The translations under genes and the position numbers were made by a program. The notes under the pieces were generated by a model. The model ran no database searches, was not told the origin of the DNA, and worked only from the letters and a program-made list of their open reading frames with translations. 50,203 bases of DNA from Thelocarpon superellum (Eukaryota). Shown here piece by piece: positions 35,404 to 48,400 of this stretch; within the stretch, counting starts at the first letter, position 1, and each line of letters starts with the position of its first letter. The stretch lies in contig JAPEUG010000094.1 of the NCBI GenBank assembly GCA_026025795.1, forward strand, positions 1 to 50,203, written 5' to 3'.

Positions 35404-36638
35404 TCAGACGTCGAACAAGAAAGGCGTCTCGGAGGTATCATGTCGTACCATGCGGTAGCTGAACGCCTCGTCAGTCACAGACGATGAACGCAGTCTCTAC
35501 CGGAGCCGACGTACCCGAAGCCGAGTTCGATGTCGGTGGCGTTGGGTGTCCCGCTCCCGGGGAGGCCATCGTCGTACAGCATGTCCGACAGATTGCACGG
35601 GCCAATGGGCTCGGCCGGATAGGCATTCTCCTCGACAGGCTCGTACTGGCTCGGGTTGGAGCTCAGGCTGGAGCACATGCTGGAGCCGGATGGGTACATG
35701 TCGGGATACGACGTGGGCGCGCGTCGGAGGGACACCGACGGCGTTCGGGTGTGGGTCCACATCGGCAACGCTTGCTGCTGCGGCGGGGGCGTGCCGTAGT
35801 AGGCAAAAGGCGAGGACATGAAGGACATGTCTTCCGGCGTGGGCGGGAAGTCCATGGGCGAGTGCATGTCCGTCTCGCTGAAGCCGCTGATGGAGCTGGC
35901 CGAGGTCGACAGGTCAAACTCGGACCCCATCGGACTGGCCATGGGCGTCTCGAAGCGCCACGGATTGTGGTCGAGGTAGGATTGCCCGTGCAGGTTCTTG
36001 ATCGGGCTGTTGGAGCTCTGGTCGATGCGATGATACCCCGCCGGAAGCCACGAGTATCGCGGTGACGAGAGCCCCGGCGAGTGGATGGCCGGCGTGTGGA
36101 GCTCGGGGATGGTCGGCGACCCAGTGGGGTCCATATTGACGAAGTCGTAGGTCATGACGTTGGTCATGGCCGCGGGGCCCTTGATCTTGCTGATGGGCGT
36201 CGTCATGGCCACCCGCTGCTTCATGGTGGGCGCCTTGGCCGGGGTTTGCGCGGCGCCGTCACGGCCCGTCGCGGGCGTGTCGCCGGTGCGGGAGGTGGTT
36301 CCCGTGGCCGTGGCCGTGGCCGTGGCCGTGGTCGTCGTGGTCGACGTGCTCGGCTTGCGCGGCACGGGCAACGACAAGCCCCGCAACTTGCCGCGGCTGG
36401 CAACGCCGACGCCCCAGGTCAGCTGGGTCTTGTAGCCCGAGCACTCTTTGCCCTGCTCGAGACACTGCGAGCAGTATGGTCGTCGACGATCGCACTTGAC
36501 ATGCTTCTTGCGGCAGGCAAAGCAATCGTCCGCCGCCCCGGTGGCCGGCGCTCGTCGGCGGCGCTTGCGGGGCACGACGCTCTGGGCCGGTGTCGTGATG
36601 GCAGCAGGCGCCGCGACGAGAGGGGATGGGGACGACAT
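35404..36638 (-). CDS. Zn(II)2Cys6 binuclear-cluster transcription factor, ~392 aa, 2 exons
   Basis: CFACRKKHVKCDRRRPYCSQCLEQGKECSGY preceded by basic RKRRRR and followed by LTWGVGVASRGKLRG. Exons 36638-35515 and 35458-35404 with a 56-nt intron (GTACGT...CTGAC...CAG). An alternative in-frame ATG lies at 36701. Confidence 0.9.
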
Positions 36639-39600
36639 GATGTGGGATGGGCACGAAGGGGCAAGGACATGCGTGGTCGCAAGGTGCGCTGACCGGATCA
36701 TTCCGGGCGGAGGAGGGAGATATATGACTGATTTGCATCAGGCCCATCCGCCGACCACGGGCCAGGGATGTGGTACGGGTGGGAAGATAGGATCAGCAAC
36801 GCCGCACATGCGAAAGTATGGACAGGGAAGGATCGAAGGATGAAGGTCCTCTGCGAGATGGGGCCGTGTGCTGGTTGGCCGGCGCTGGCGCGCAGGGCCC
36901 AGGGCTAAGCAGCGAGCATGAAAACGCCAGGGCAAGCGCGTTCGGTAGGCAATAGCACGAGAGCATTGTGACCGGCAATGTGAACGAGGAACGAGGAAGA
37001 TTCAGGGCACGGGTGGTCTTGCGACCAACCGGGCGCCTGTGGTCCACGCCCCGGAGCAGCACCCGATGAGGAAACCGTTGCAAGGACCCCGGTCGGGGCG
37101 ATGCTTAGACTTGCTGTCGGTACGTGGCCCACTTAACCATTGTCGCCGCCGCCGAAGCTGGTCGGCTTGCCTGGGCGGGCGTGCCTTGGCGAACCCTGGC
37201 GCCATCGTTACTTTCCCCGAGCGTGGGGTCAGAAAGGGTGTGGAAGGGTGTGCGGTGGGCCGAGAAGGATGGATTGGGGGCGCGGGCGTGGGCGTTGGCA
37301 GCGGGGGAGGGCCGCGTTGGGTGTTGGCGATGTCGAGTCTCACCGCATGCGCCCCATGAGCGGTCGTGCAGCGACAGCGCGCCCTCTGCCCGCTGGCCGC
37401 TGGCTGCATGGCTTGCTGTTCCGCACAATGAGATAATCACTCCTCTGCCTAGCGGTGTGACTTGGACGGCCGCCAATCACGGTCTACGTAATGGGTTGCG
37501 ATGACGGGCCGGCGCCTGGACGCATTGGCCTGGTCGTGCACCCTTCGGGGGTTAATTCGAGGGAAGAGCAAGAATAATTTGGCAGCGCTCCCTGGCGTCG
37601 GCCGCGTCGGCCAAGCCTGGCTCCCCAGCTCGCCAGCTCCCACGTCGTTCCTTGGCTCCACCATGTTGCCTCGTTCCACCGCCGCCCTCCCACCACCAAG
37701 CGTCGCGCTGGGCCCGGCCTTGGGCCAGTGGCAGAGCCGAGGGGTGGCGGGTGGTAGGTGGTCCAGGCACGCACCAACGCCAGCATGACATGCAATTACC
37801 AGCGTCAATCTCGCCCATGATCAAGCACGCGATGCGGCGGCCGGCATATGACAGTCGGTGGGCTCGCAAGCTTCCACCCATCGCCAGGCAATCACCGATG
37901 CACCGAGTCACGGTCAGGGTAGGGCGGGGTCATGACGCGTTGAGGCCTGTCGACCAGGCTAGAGCGGCGCGCCGACCTGACCCCGCCCCCGTCTCGCTCG
38001 GCCGGTGCACCCTGGCCCACATCCCACCTCGCACCTCCCACGCAACCGACGATGGGCCGACGGAGGAGTTGACCCTGGGTCGGATGCAACCGATGGTTCA
38101 CCGTTGGCTCTCTCAGCCTCGGGATGCACCTAGCACTAGCAGCCTGCACCGAAGGCGGCGTCGAACGATCCCCAGACCTTCGACGCAGCACTAGCGCGAC
38201 CTTGCTCGGGCACGCTGATTGGCGGCGGCGCATGCGACCGATCCTCTCGGGGCAAGGGCCAGCGGTCGTGTGTCGAGCGCCCATCGGGCGCCGCGCCACT
38301 TCTTTCCCCGCAGCCCAACGCTTGCCTACCGCCCGTCTACGCCCCGGCGCACACAACGTAAGAAAAAGACGCCGCAGCCTAGAAGGGAACAGGGTGCAGA
38401 CGACCGGCACTACGCCTACGGCCCTTCTTGCCCTGACGGCCGACGACTGGCGGGCGGCAGCTGCTAGGGCCCGCCGCGAGACATGCATGTATGGCCTTGT
38501 TCCAGCCTGGGGTGGGGTCTCGGAGATGCCAGTGATGGACCGACCCTCTCGCGATCCCCTGTCGCCGCGGCGCGCTGTGGGAGCGATCGGGTCCAGCCAG
38601 ACATGACTCGTGACGCCTCCCAGCACTGGCTGCTGCAGCTCTTCGAGCGTCAGACTCGTCCGGTGACATTCGGCATGGGCCTTTGCACGCGCCTGGAGGA
38701 GACAGGCCCCCCTTCCTAGCTGTACCTGCCGTCGGATCGATCTAGATCGTGGTCGTAGGCCGCCATCCTTGTTGGATACGCGCTCCACAGATCGACCTCC
38801 GCCGCGACGCCGACGACCGAGGGTAGCTCCACGCCCGTGGACCACTCGTCCCACCTCGCGGTCGCTTGGCCCCTTTGGTGAGACCCACTCGGCTCGATGG
38901 GAAGAGCAGTCCACCAACAGCATCTTGGCGGTGCTTCGTCAGCTCGTCGCTGGCCACCGGGCGTGGCATTGGCGAGAGGGCCGGCTAGCTGCCCAATATG
39001 ACGCACGGTTAAGTCACAGGGGTGCGGTCGTGCTGAGGAGCACGCGTCACTGTACCCTCGGTCCTGGTGGGTATCGGATCTGAACGTCGTACAACCGCCG
39101 CCGCCAGAGGCTCCCTCGGCCGCCGGCGCCTTGTCTCGAACTTCTGCCGTTCTTCTCGCCACCAGTGGAGGACGGCCGAGGCGTGGGGGTTTGGCGAGAG
39201 CTTGATCTCACCCACGCAAACGGCGGAGCCAGATCGTGACATCCTGGCTGCCCAGTTGTCCGACGGCTACTGGCCAATCGTGCCTAGCGGAGGCCGAACC
39301 GGGAGGATCTGGCTGTGCGAATGCTCTTAGCGCGCCCGTAGAGAAAGCTTCCTGGCGAATCCATAGCACGACAGGTCCTTGCCCTGGACCTCACAGGCAA
39401 CCCTCCATTCCGAACCGGCGCCGTACGCCGTCCAGGTGCTAAGTAGACGCTCGCCTCTGCAGCCAATCTACAGCGCGACCAGGATTGCATGTGCAACGGC
39501 GTGCGGCACTACGGCTGCGTCTCGCCTTCGAGAAGACTTCCCCAAGCCCTCTAGCCCAGCCTCCCACCCGTATGCTCCCTTGTGAACCTGCATGATGCGT

Positions 39601-42600
39601 GACGGAGAGACATGGTCGTGTTCGCCTGTGTTGTTCCTCAACGCGTCGCGTGATGACCTTAGATCGTATTGGTATCAATACGATCCTCCTCGACCACCGA
39701 TGGGCGTGCACGTGGGGCCCGACTCTTGAGTGACAAGTGATCGGGGAGAGGTGACAAATGAGAGGTGCGAAATCACCAGCGCTCCTCGCCGTCTCGCACC
39801 AGCACCCGGGGAAAAACCTTGGCCGCGTGCGACGCCATCTTCGTCTCTGACTCGTGGGTCTCTGAAGTCTGTATGCGAGCGCGCCTGAGCACCCCGCTAC
39901 CATACGCTTTGTCCGTCTTCCCATCCAAACGAGCAGCGGTGCCGAGGGATCATCTCCAGATTCTCGGACGTGGCGACGGGGTTGGTATAGGGCAATCTCT
40001 TGAGCAAGGATGTGGTCGTTGGGGAACGAGACCTGGTTCCGTGGACATGATGTGGATGGTCGACGATGACTCGCACGTCTCGTCTCGCTCCACGCCTGAA
40101 CCCTGCTGCTCCGGCGATAGTCCGCTCGAGCTGATTCCACCAGCAGCCGCCACGGCGAGGCACAGGCGGCTGGCGAGCGGCGGTGGGGCCGGGCGCACGA
40201 TCGCATGGCGCATGCAGGCGGTGATGGCGAGGATGGATCTCTTGGCCCCCGACCGGGTGCACATCGTGCACTTTCGCCTGGCCGGAGCCGGCGAGCGCGG
40301 GCGTCGGGGGAGGATCGTGGCGGCTAGAAGCGCATCAATCGCTTGCCCCTGCATACCCCGCCAAACCGCACAACGGTGACGCGCGCCCGTGGCCACAGCC
40401 CATCCTTCGGGAGGACGGCCGGGATGGCAAGCGGGACACTGTTGCTTTCGTCTCAGGCCACGCTCGAGCCTCGATACCCTTGACGTACCATACGTCAGTC
40501 GTCCCCGGCGCAGGTTTGGTGGCGAGCCGGTGCCCCAAGTTTAGAACACCGCTCGACTTGTGCACCAAACTTCCTTTGCGGTCGCACCGCTCTGAGGGAA
40601 GAGGCTGGGAGCCCGCGCGCACCTGTGGGGTGGCGAGACACACGTCCGACCCAGTCAGCCCGAGCCGGTTGATGGAGCCTCTCGCAAGGCTCGCCTGACA
40701 CTCGTCAAGCCTCACTCACCGCTCCTCGCACGCCATCATCCGACGATGGCACGGTGACACGTGAGAGACTTTCACGGGTTTGATCCAAGCCAGCGCCGCC
40801 ACGCTGTGTGCCCCCCCTCCCATCGTGCTCCCCTGCGCAGCTAACCCACCTCCGCTTCAGAGGTGTGAGCTAAGAGATGAAACGAGGAACGGTCGACACG
40901 ATGCACACCGAACGAAGGCTTCCAGAAGCACGCCCAAGCTTGCAGGGCGCCTCTCACGTGCGAAGTGCCCATAGCTTCTACCCCCGCTCCAGATCCGGGT
41001 CAATGGCATCGTCTCCTGTTCCTATTCCTGTTATGAAGGTGCAACGCGACAGAACGTGCCCCTTATCTCGCCTCATGCCTGCCCACATGATCGCCCGGTT
41101 GACGTGACGCGTCCAAGCTTCAGGCTCTCGTCGTCAAGCTTCACGCTTCATCATCCGGGCTTCCTGAGCGTGACGGTGCGCCACGCACCGTGTGCCGCCG
41201 TTCCGCTATTCCGAGTCTGCTCGCCACCCTTACTTGACTATAGCCGCCTCTTCTGGACCGACTTACCGGCGTGAGGAGATGCACCTCTCTGATTTGACGC
41301 CAGCATCCATGCCATCGTCCATACCCCACTTACCCCACATCCCACCTGACCTGTGCGGCTCGATTGACTTTCTCCTGTGGGAGGACGCGACGAAATGGCA
41401 GGGCTGGACGGATATACGGATAGACGATGTGCCTAGCTTCCACAAGAACACATGCAGTCCGGCCTCGTTCCGCTTATACGCACATGACCCTCTCCCGGAT
41501 CTTGTGGTCTGAGTGCTGGAGTCGGCGATCATACGACTCTTCGTCGTCCAACCGTAGGCTCGTATTAGGTCTTGCATGAGATCGGATGTCGCTTCCACGG
41601 GAAGACGAACAATGACGAGTAGATTATCGAGCTTTTTACCTATTATGGCGTTTTGTGCGCGCATATGCGATAGAAAGGAGGAATGGATGTGAACATCGAT
41701 GATCGACATGTTTCACGATTCGATATAGAAGCAATTTCACAGGAAGGAAGGAGGGGCTATCTGCGGACTCTTAGAGATGGACAAAGGAAATATCCGTAGA
41801 AGAGCCATGTCAAGAACATTCAGCTCCAGGTCAGAAAATATCTCCGGGTGGACAGAAACTCGTCGGTCCATCGGTGTCTCCCCTCCTCAGCCTTCCCCAG
41901 GGACTCCCCAGGGGTCTCTAGGCTGAAGTCGCGATGGAACGAGAGTCCCACGCGTGCCACGAACTCGTTGGTGCCTTGCCAACGCTCTTTCTCCCCTCGA
42001 CTGTGTGGACCAGTGGCCCTTGTCCCCACCCATTCCACGGCGTCGTCTGAGCGATGAAGCTCGTTCCATTCGCCGTGTCAGCCATATGGACACCGGATAG
42101 GGGACGGGTTATCCCTGAGACTTGGATTGGGACCCGGAATTGGTGGAAGCCCTAAGCGGCCTGCGCGACGGGACTGAGGGACAAATCATAGAGATTTGTT
42201 TGTTCGAGGAGAGTAAAGAGCTGCATGGTCGACGCGGTGGAGGCGCCTGTCCAGATGAAGGACACTGATGTCGTTGAATCATCGTCGTTGCAAGGAGGTT
42301 TCTTTCATCAGGAGAGGAGCCCCCACTATTGAATTCGAGTGCTCAAATTACTCGAGTGGCTGAAGAAACTGGGAAAGGCAGTTTGTCGAGGGTAGGATCA
42401 GCAATCACGTCCGTGCTCCAGCAGGGAGGACGCGCCGTAGATGCGCATGTCACGTATCTTATGAGTCTGAGGTCATGCTAGCCGTACTCGTGTTTGTGCT
42501 ACACGGCGATCAGCACTCATCGGGAGTTCAAGGGCAGGTATCTTGCACCGTTACTGGTTTCTTGGGGTGGAATGAGCGAAGCGTGCGGAGTGGCACCCGG

Positions 42601-44624
42601 CCCAACGGGATAGATTCCGACATGAGATGTCGGGACGTCAAGAGCTCCCCCCGGCCGATGGTATCATGCTGCCTTCGACGCTCGACTACCGTGTCACGGC
42701 GATCGAATGGCCCAGGTCTCCTCGTCACGGCGGGTCAAGAGGCGACATGATTTGCTGTGTACGAAAGGGAAGGGGATCGTTGAAAACACCGAGGACGAGG
42801 AAATGTCTCGCATGGTCTCAACCATCCGGCCAAGTTCCAAGAAGATGGGCAACTTCGATCCGACCAAGTTACACGGGTGGTCGTGCCTAATTTCGGACCT
42901 AACGTGGAGCTGGTACAATAATGACTCCTTGCGCAGAGGCGACTTGAATTTAGATGAAATACCTTCGGGCAGATGGATCGTTGAGGTTTGACCTTAGCAA
43001 AAGAGGAGACTATGAGAGAACGGGACTGAGGTGAATGGAGGGCGCTAGAGAAGATGAATGCCCGGATACGTCTGCCTATGAAGGGACCCGGAGGAGGTGG
43101 GGCAGACATGGCCTGGTCGGAGCTCTTCATACCTCGATCGCGTCAATATGAGTTTGAACCATGCAGAGCCTACTCCTGTCCAGAGAGAGCTTGGAGCGGG
43201 GGTGGATCCAGGTCGAGTCATCCTCAAGCCTTTCGCAAATTCGAGAGTGGCATAACCAGCGAGGGTACTACTGACCAAGATAGCTAGTGGCTATTGCTCT
43301 TCTTCTTGACGGCCACAGCACGTGATCGATATTTGCATGTCTAGAATTCTAGACAGGATCAGAACAATGGATAGTGAAGGTGTTCGTGTACGTGTGTGTG
43401 GAAAAGGTCTGAGCGAACGATCTGGAGCAGGACAAGCCAGTAGCTCCCGAGACGAGAGTCGACGTGGGGAGCCGAGTCACGGGAGATCAGTTCTCACGCT
43501 CGAAACTCAGCGACGGGCGGGTCTCTAGGCCGGGATGGCCCAAATCTGGCGGACCCATCTGTGCCGCAACTACCGTGAGATCCATCTTTCACCGCTTGTA
43601 CGAAAGGTGAGCTTGACCCGTCAGAACGCAAATCTCTTTGGCAAACCAGGTGGAATGAAGCGGTGCTTAGGGCCATCCATCGGACGCATAGCTGGATGTC
43701 CACAAATTTCTGGACGACTTGGGGACTCGAGCACTGGACCCGGTTAGTTGCTGGTAGACACGCAGCCCGGTCCGCTTCATTGTTTGACCTGGTGTCACTC
43801 TAGCAACGGCGTTGTTTCCTAAAGCGGATCGAGAGGTGACATCCGTCCATCTGCCTCCTGGTCACACCCTTCAAGGCACGCTGACCCTGGTCAACGAGCA
43901 ACCTTGCGTGGACACGGGACGGGAAAGAAATCGGCCGGGCTTGGGGATGCCAAATCGCCGATGTTGTGCGCGGGGTCGTTGCTCCGCTGGGGCGCGACGG
44001 AGCGATCGTCGTTGGTCGAGGCCGGTGCCAGTAGGTCTCGTGACTCGCGGGGCTGGAATGCGAGGCGGGTACGAGTATGAGTACCGGGCGGCAAGCCGAA
44101 GGGCGCGATGCAACCTGCAGCGTGGAAGGGCGGATCGCTTGCCAAGCCTCTTCACGTCATGGTTTCGTCGCCCGTCTCCGGCGCGAACTGCACTAGGGAC
44201 AGCTAGAGGCGCCCGGGGTCACCCCATAGGACCGGTAGTTTGAGGCAGATCCGGGGTAAAGGTGCATTTGTGGGGACCGGCCTGCGCTCCCATCGGCCCT
44301 CCCCCGCCAGATGAGCCTCGGTCAAAACGAAATCGCGCGCGATGGGGATGGCGATCCCCGCACTCACCGTCTGTGGCGTGTCGATTGTCCCTTTGTCCAC
44401 GACATTGCCGAGCCTAGATGGCGGAGCTGTGGCGTGCCACGCTGCCGGCATGGTCTGTGAGATCCCGCCGTCGCTACCACACCAGATGGATCCCGTCATT
44501 GGGGGCAGAGCGGTGACGGTGCGAGCTGGTTTAGATGCTTGCCGTCCTTGCGAGCGCCATTCACGCCTCTGTTGAGCCGGGGCCCGAAGTCGGACCAGAC
44601 TCACGCCAGGTGGGTCGTTGAACT

Positions 44625-44630
44625 TATATA
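44625..44630 (+). promoter_or_regulatory. Putative TATA box of the aquaglyceroporin gene
   Basis: TATATA 190 nt upstream of ATG 44815 in otherwise GC-rich sequence. Confidence 0.45.
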
Positions 44631-44814
44631 TCGCGTGCCCTGGCCCGGGTAGGTCCTCGGTCTTGATCAGTGATCACTTAGGTTTGTTGCCATACCAAAT
44701 CCATCAGTCCCACGTCTCCGCCTCGCGACTCTTTGCCGCTCTCTGCGCACTGTCCTAGTAATCAGAAAACGGCAAGCCTTGTTCGGTGTCTTGCCTCGGC
44801 CGAGTGTGTGTACA

Positions 44815-46094
44815 ATGGCGCAATCTCACGATAACGACCTGCATCGGCTCCAGACCGGTCAGCTTGAGATTGGGGTCACGGAGGCCGTGCAGCGACACGT
44901 CTCCCGCAACGTGATTCCGTCTCGGCCCGTGTCGCAGCGAAAGCTTGACTTTGAGCATGCGCGTCCTCGCTGGCTGCGCGAGATGCTCGCGGAAGCGACC
45001 GGGGTCTTCTTCTACGTGTGAGTCTCCTGTACCATCATCCACCCATTCAGACACATCTGGGCAAGCAGGGGCCCCGAGTGGAGCACACGCTGAGTGATGG
45101 CGTCGCTTCCAGGTATCCCGGCATCGCCTCGACGGCCGCTTTCCTGACCAACACGGGCAACCCGGCGTATAGCTCGTTCTTCCAGATTGGTTGGGCCTAT
45201 GCCATTGGGATTGCTTTTGCCATCATCACGTGTGCGCCGACGAGCGGTGGTCACTTCAACCCGGCCATCACCATCTGCTTCTGCATCTGGAACGGTTTTC
45301 CATGGCGCAAGGCCCCCTACTACATCTTCGCCCAGATCTTCGGCTCCTTTGTCGCCGCCCTCCTCCTGGTGGGTCAATACTGGCAACAGATCCAGGCCTT
45401 CAAGGAGCTCACCCTGGCCGCGGGTGGCACCCTCGCAAGCGGCCCGGCCTCTCCCGCCGGTATCCTCTCACCTCTCCCGGGCGCGAGTCAAACCAACCTA
45501 GGATTTCTGTTCCTGATTGAATTCTTCGTCGACAGTTTCATCGTGAGACGTTCCCGATGCGCCATTTCCATCGTCCCGCACTGACCTTTAGCCCAGGGTC
45601 TGGTCATCTGGGCCGTGTTGGATCCCGCGAATCCTTTCATCTCGCCCAGTGAGTGGTGCCTGACCCCTGGCTGCACCCCCGGACGTCTACTGATTTTCGC
45701 AGTCAGCGCTCCCTTCGTCATCGGTCTTGCCTATGCAACGATGGTCTGGGGATTCGCCGACATCACCATCTCCACCAATATGGCTAGGGATGTGGGTACA
45801 CGCATCGTCGCTGCCATCTTCTTTGGTGGCGAAGTCTTCACCCTCCATCACTACTCGTGGATCCCGATCCTCGTCAATGTTCCGGCCACCATCTTCGCCA
45901 CGGGGTATTATGAGCTGGTGCTCCGGGATAGCCTGATGCGGATCGGTAGCGGTCACGCTGTGCACCAGGAAGGCGAAGAAGGCCTCCGACGACATGTCAC
46001 GCGCACCGGGTTGATGGAGCAAGGATATACCAACACCACCCGGAATGGGACGGCCGAGAATGCCAACGGCGTGGGCTCGAAGGAGTATGTCTGA
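44815..46094 (+). CDS. MIP-family channel, aquaglyceroporin type, ~358 aa, 4 exons
   Basis: Exons 44815-45017, 45113-45542, 45597-45648, 45703-46094 (1077 nt). Motifs AEATGVF, SGGHFNPAIT, YIFAQIFGSF and second loop TNMARD (Asp after Arg is typical of glyceroporins). Confidence 0.95.
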
Positions 46095-46556
46095 CGACCT
46101 TCAGGCGCAATTTTCTTTTTCGGTGGGTCCGACATGCGTCTGCGGCAGCAGATGCATCTCACACGGACGTAATGATGTGTGGGCTGCTTGGAGATCGACG
46201 TGGTTGAGGAGTGCTATGGCACGACCATGACACGACCATTTTCTCTGTGGGGCATTTGACGATCTTGTGTATTCGTAATCAACTGCTGGGATTGCTCATG
46301 GTTCAATAGCCGTTTAGTGATCAGAACCGGCATGGGTCTTACTTCGATGGCGACATCAGTTCACCAGTAGCTGCATGCGTGGAGTAAGAAGTATTTGTAA
46401 TCGGATGGCTCCTCAGTAAGGTCGCCTCACTGTAAAAAGGCAGCCTGAGCCAGTGCGTCATTACGCCCGCGCTTGTCACGCTGAAGCTCCCCCTCAAGCT
46501 GTACCACCGCCGCAAAAAAAGAGAGAGATCTCGAGAGTCGTGCCAGAGTATTCAAC

Positions 46557-47436
46557 ATGGCCGCCAAAAACTTTGCAATTATTGCCGGGGTAGGCCCGGG
46601 CACGTCGGGGTCCATTGCGCGTCGATTTGCCAAAAACTACGCAGTCGTGCTCTTAGGCCGGAACCCAGACAATTACGAGCCACTGGTCAAGGAGATCAAC
46701 GGCGCCGGAGGCCAGGCGATCGGGATCAGCACCGATGTCAGCGACCGACAAAGTGTCACCAAGGCATTTGCGAGAATCAAACATGACCTTGGTGACCACG
46801 GACTTGCGGCTGCGGTGTTCAACGCCTCGAGCGGCTTCTTCCGAAAGCCATTCCTGGAGCTCACGCCGGACGAGTGGGAGACCGCCTGGGTGATCAGTGG
46901 GTACGTGTAACCTGGCTCCCTTTCAACGGTGGGACCCGACCATGGTCGATGACTTATTCGCGATGATGCGACGCAGGCGAGGGGCGTTCAATTTCTCGCA
47001 GGCCGTGCTCCCGTTGCTGGAGAAGAGCACACACCTTCAGTACCCGCCCACGCTAATCTTCACCGGGGCGACGGCATCAGTGAAGGCCAACGCAGGCATG
47101 GCCGTCTTTGCAACGGGCAAGTGGGCGCTTCGAGCCATGGCACAGTCCCTCGCCCGGGAATACGGTCCAAAGGGGGTCCACGTTGCTCATGCGGTGATTG
47201 ACGGGGTGATTGACATTCCAAGAACCAAACAGTTCCAGGTGAACAACGGCGCTTCAGACGGGAAGATCGACCCGGACGCAGTAAGTCCTTCCTTGACGCG
47301 CGGACACGTTGTTCTTCGGGGCATGCTGACATGTTCATTGGAACAGATTGCGGAATCCTATTGGAACCTACACACTCAGCACCGATCGTGCTTCACCTGG
47401 GAGATTGACGTGAGACCGTATGTAGAGAAATGGTAG
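46557..47436 (+). CDS. Short-chain dehydrogenase/reductase (Rossmann fold), ~245 aa, 3 exons, FxxxK active-site variant
   Basis: Exons 46557-46900, 46977-47280, 47347-47436 (738 nt). Motifs IIAGVGPGTSG, AVFNAS, IFTGATAS, FATGK, LAREYGPKGVHVAHAVIDGVID. Confidence 0.92.
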
Positions 47437-48400
47437 CGCAAAGACATGGCCATGGTCTCGGCTATAGAATCACCTAATGAGCTACTCGCTTTTGTACCTT
47501 GTTTGGATGAACAAATTGAATGGTCTGTCACTTAAATGCTGTCGCCTTCGCCGGCGCTATCACACTGCGCAACGGGACCGAACGATGGCCGTCACCAATG
47601 CACGACGAAAGTGGAACACCAGTCGTCTTACCTGAGCAGTGGATAAGCTCTGCCGAGAAGTCCCAAATCTTCGTGTGAGTCTCTGAGTCAGCCACTCTTC
47701 GGCCAGCCACTGTACGGCCCTACACGAAGGGATCGAAGAGTGGTGCCGCGTGGCCATCGGACGCGTTTTCCACCTTCGCCCATGGTCGCGGAGGGGCTCT
47801 TCCGGTTACCCCACATTCCTTTGCTCGCTAGGCTGATGCAGTGTGAGTGGCGTCCCGTCCGCCGAACAAGCGGGAGGCCTCGTCTCGGCGGACCGGCGAA
47901 TGGGATCGGACTACTATCCTCCCACAGTCGCTGGCGCCGAGTGGTCGCTCGGTCTCCGGGCCCACTCAATGACGTGTACGCCGATCATCCGTCTCGATCG
48001 GGTACTTTTCGGTTCAATCATGGCCAAACAGAGGTCCACCGGCGGACGACCCCTCACTTGATGGTCTTGGATGGGTTAAAGGGCCTCACCAACTACCTTG
48101 AAGCTGGCGCGTTCGCGGCTATTGATTGCCCCGCAAGGGTAGAGCGGTACCCAAAGCCGAGGGCCCATACGAGCATCTAGACCTTTGCCGTTCACGCCAA
48201 GGCGTGTAGAGAGGAGACGCCAGTGCGTATGATGGTGGGGGGCGTGAGGAGATGATCTTTGCCGTCGGGGCTACTTATTTACCCCTCCCTCATTCTTCCC
48301 GCGCGCTCTGCACCCTCGCCGTGAGTTGCCAGGCTGCGACCTCATCTCCAAAAGCGAATCACATCATCACAATTTCTGGATATCAAACACATTCGTCTGC

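Noticed and set aside
37892..40379. 343-aa, 255-aa and 204-aa ORFs upstream of the TF
   Set aside because: Arg/Ala/Pro-rich with no motifs, overlapping ORFs in all six frames, as expected in very GC-rich non-coding DNA.
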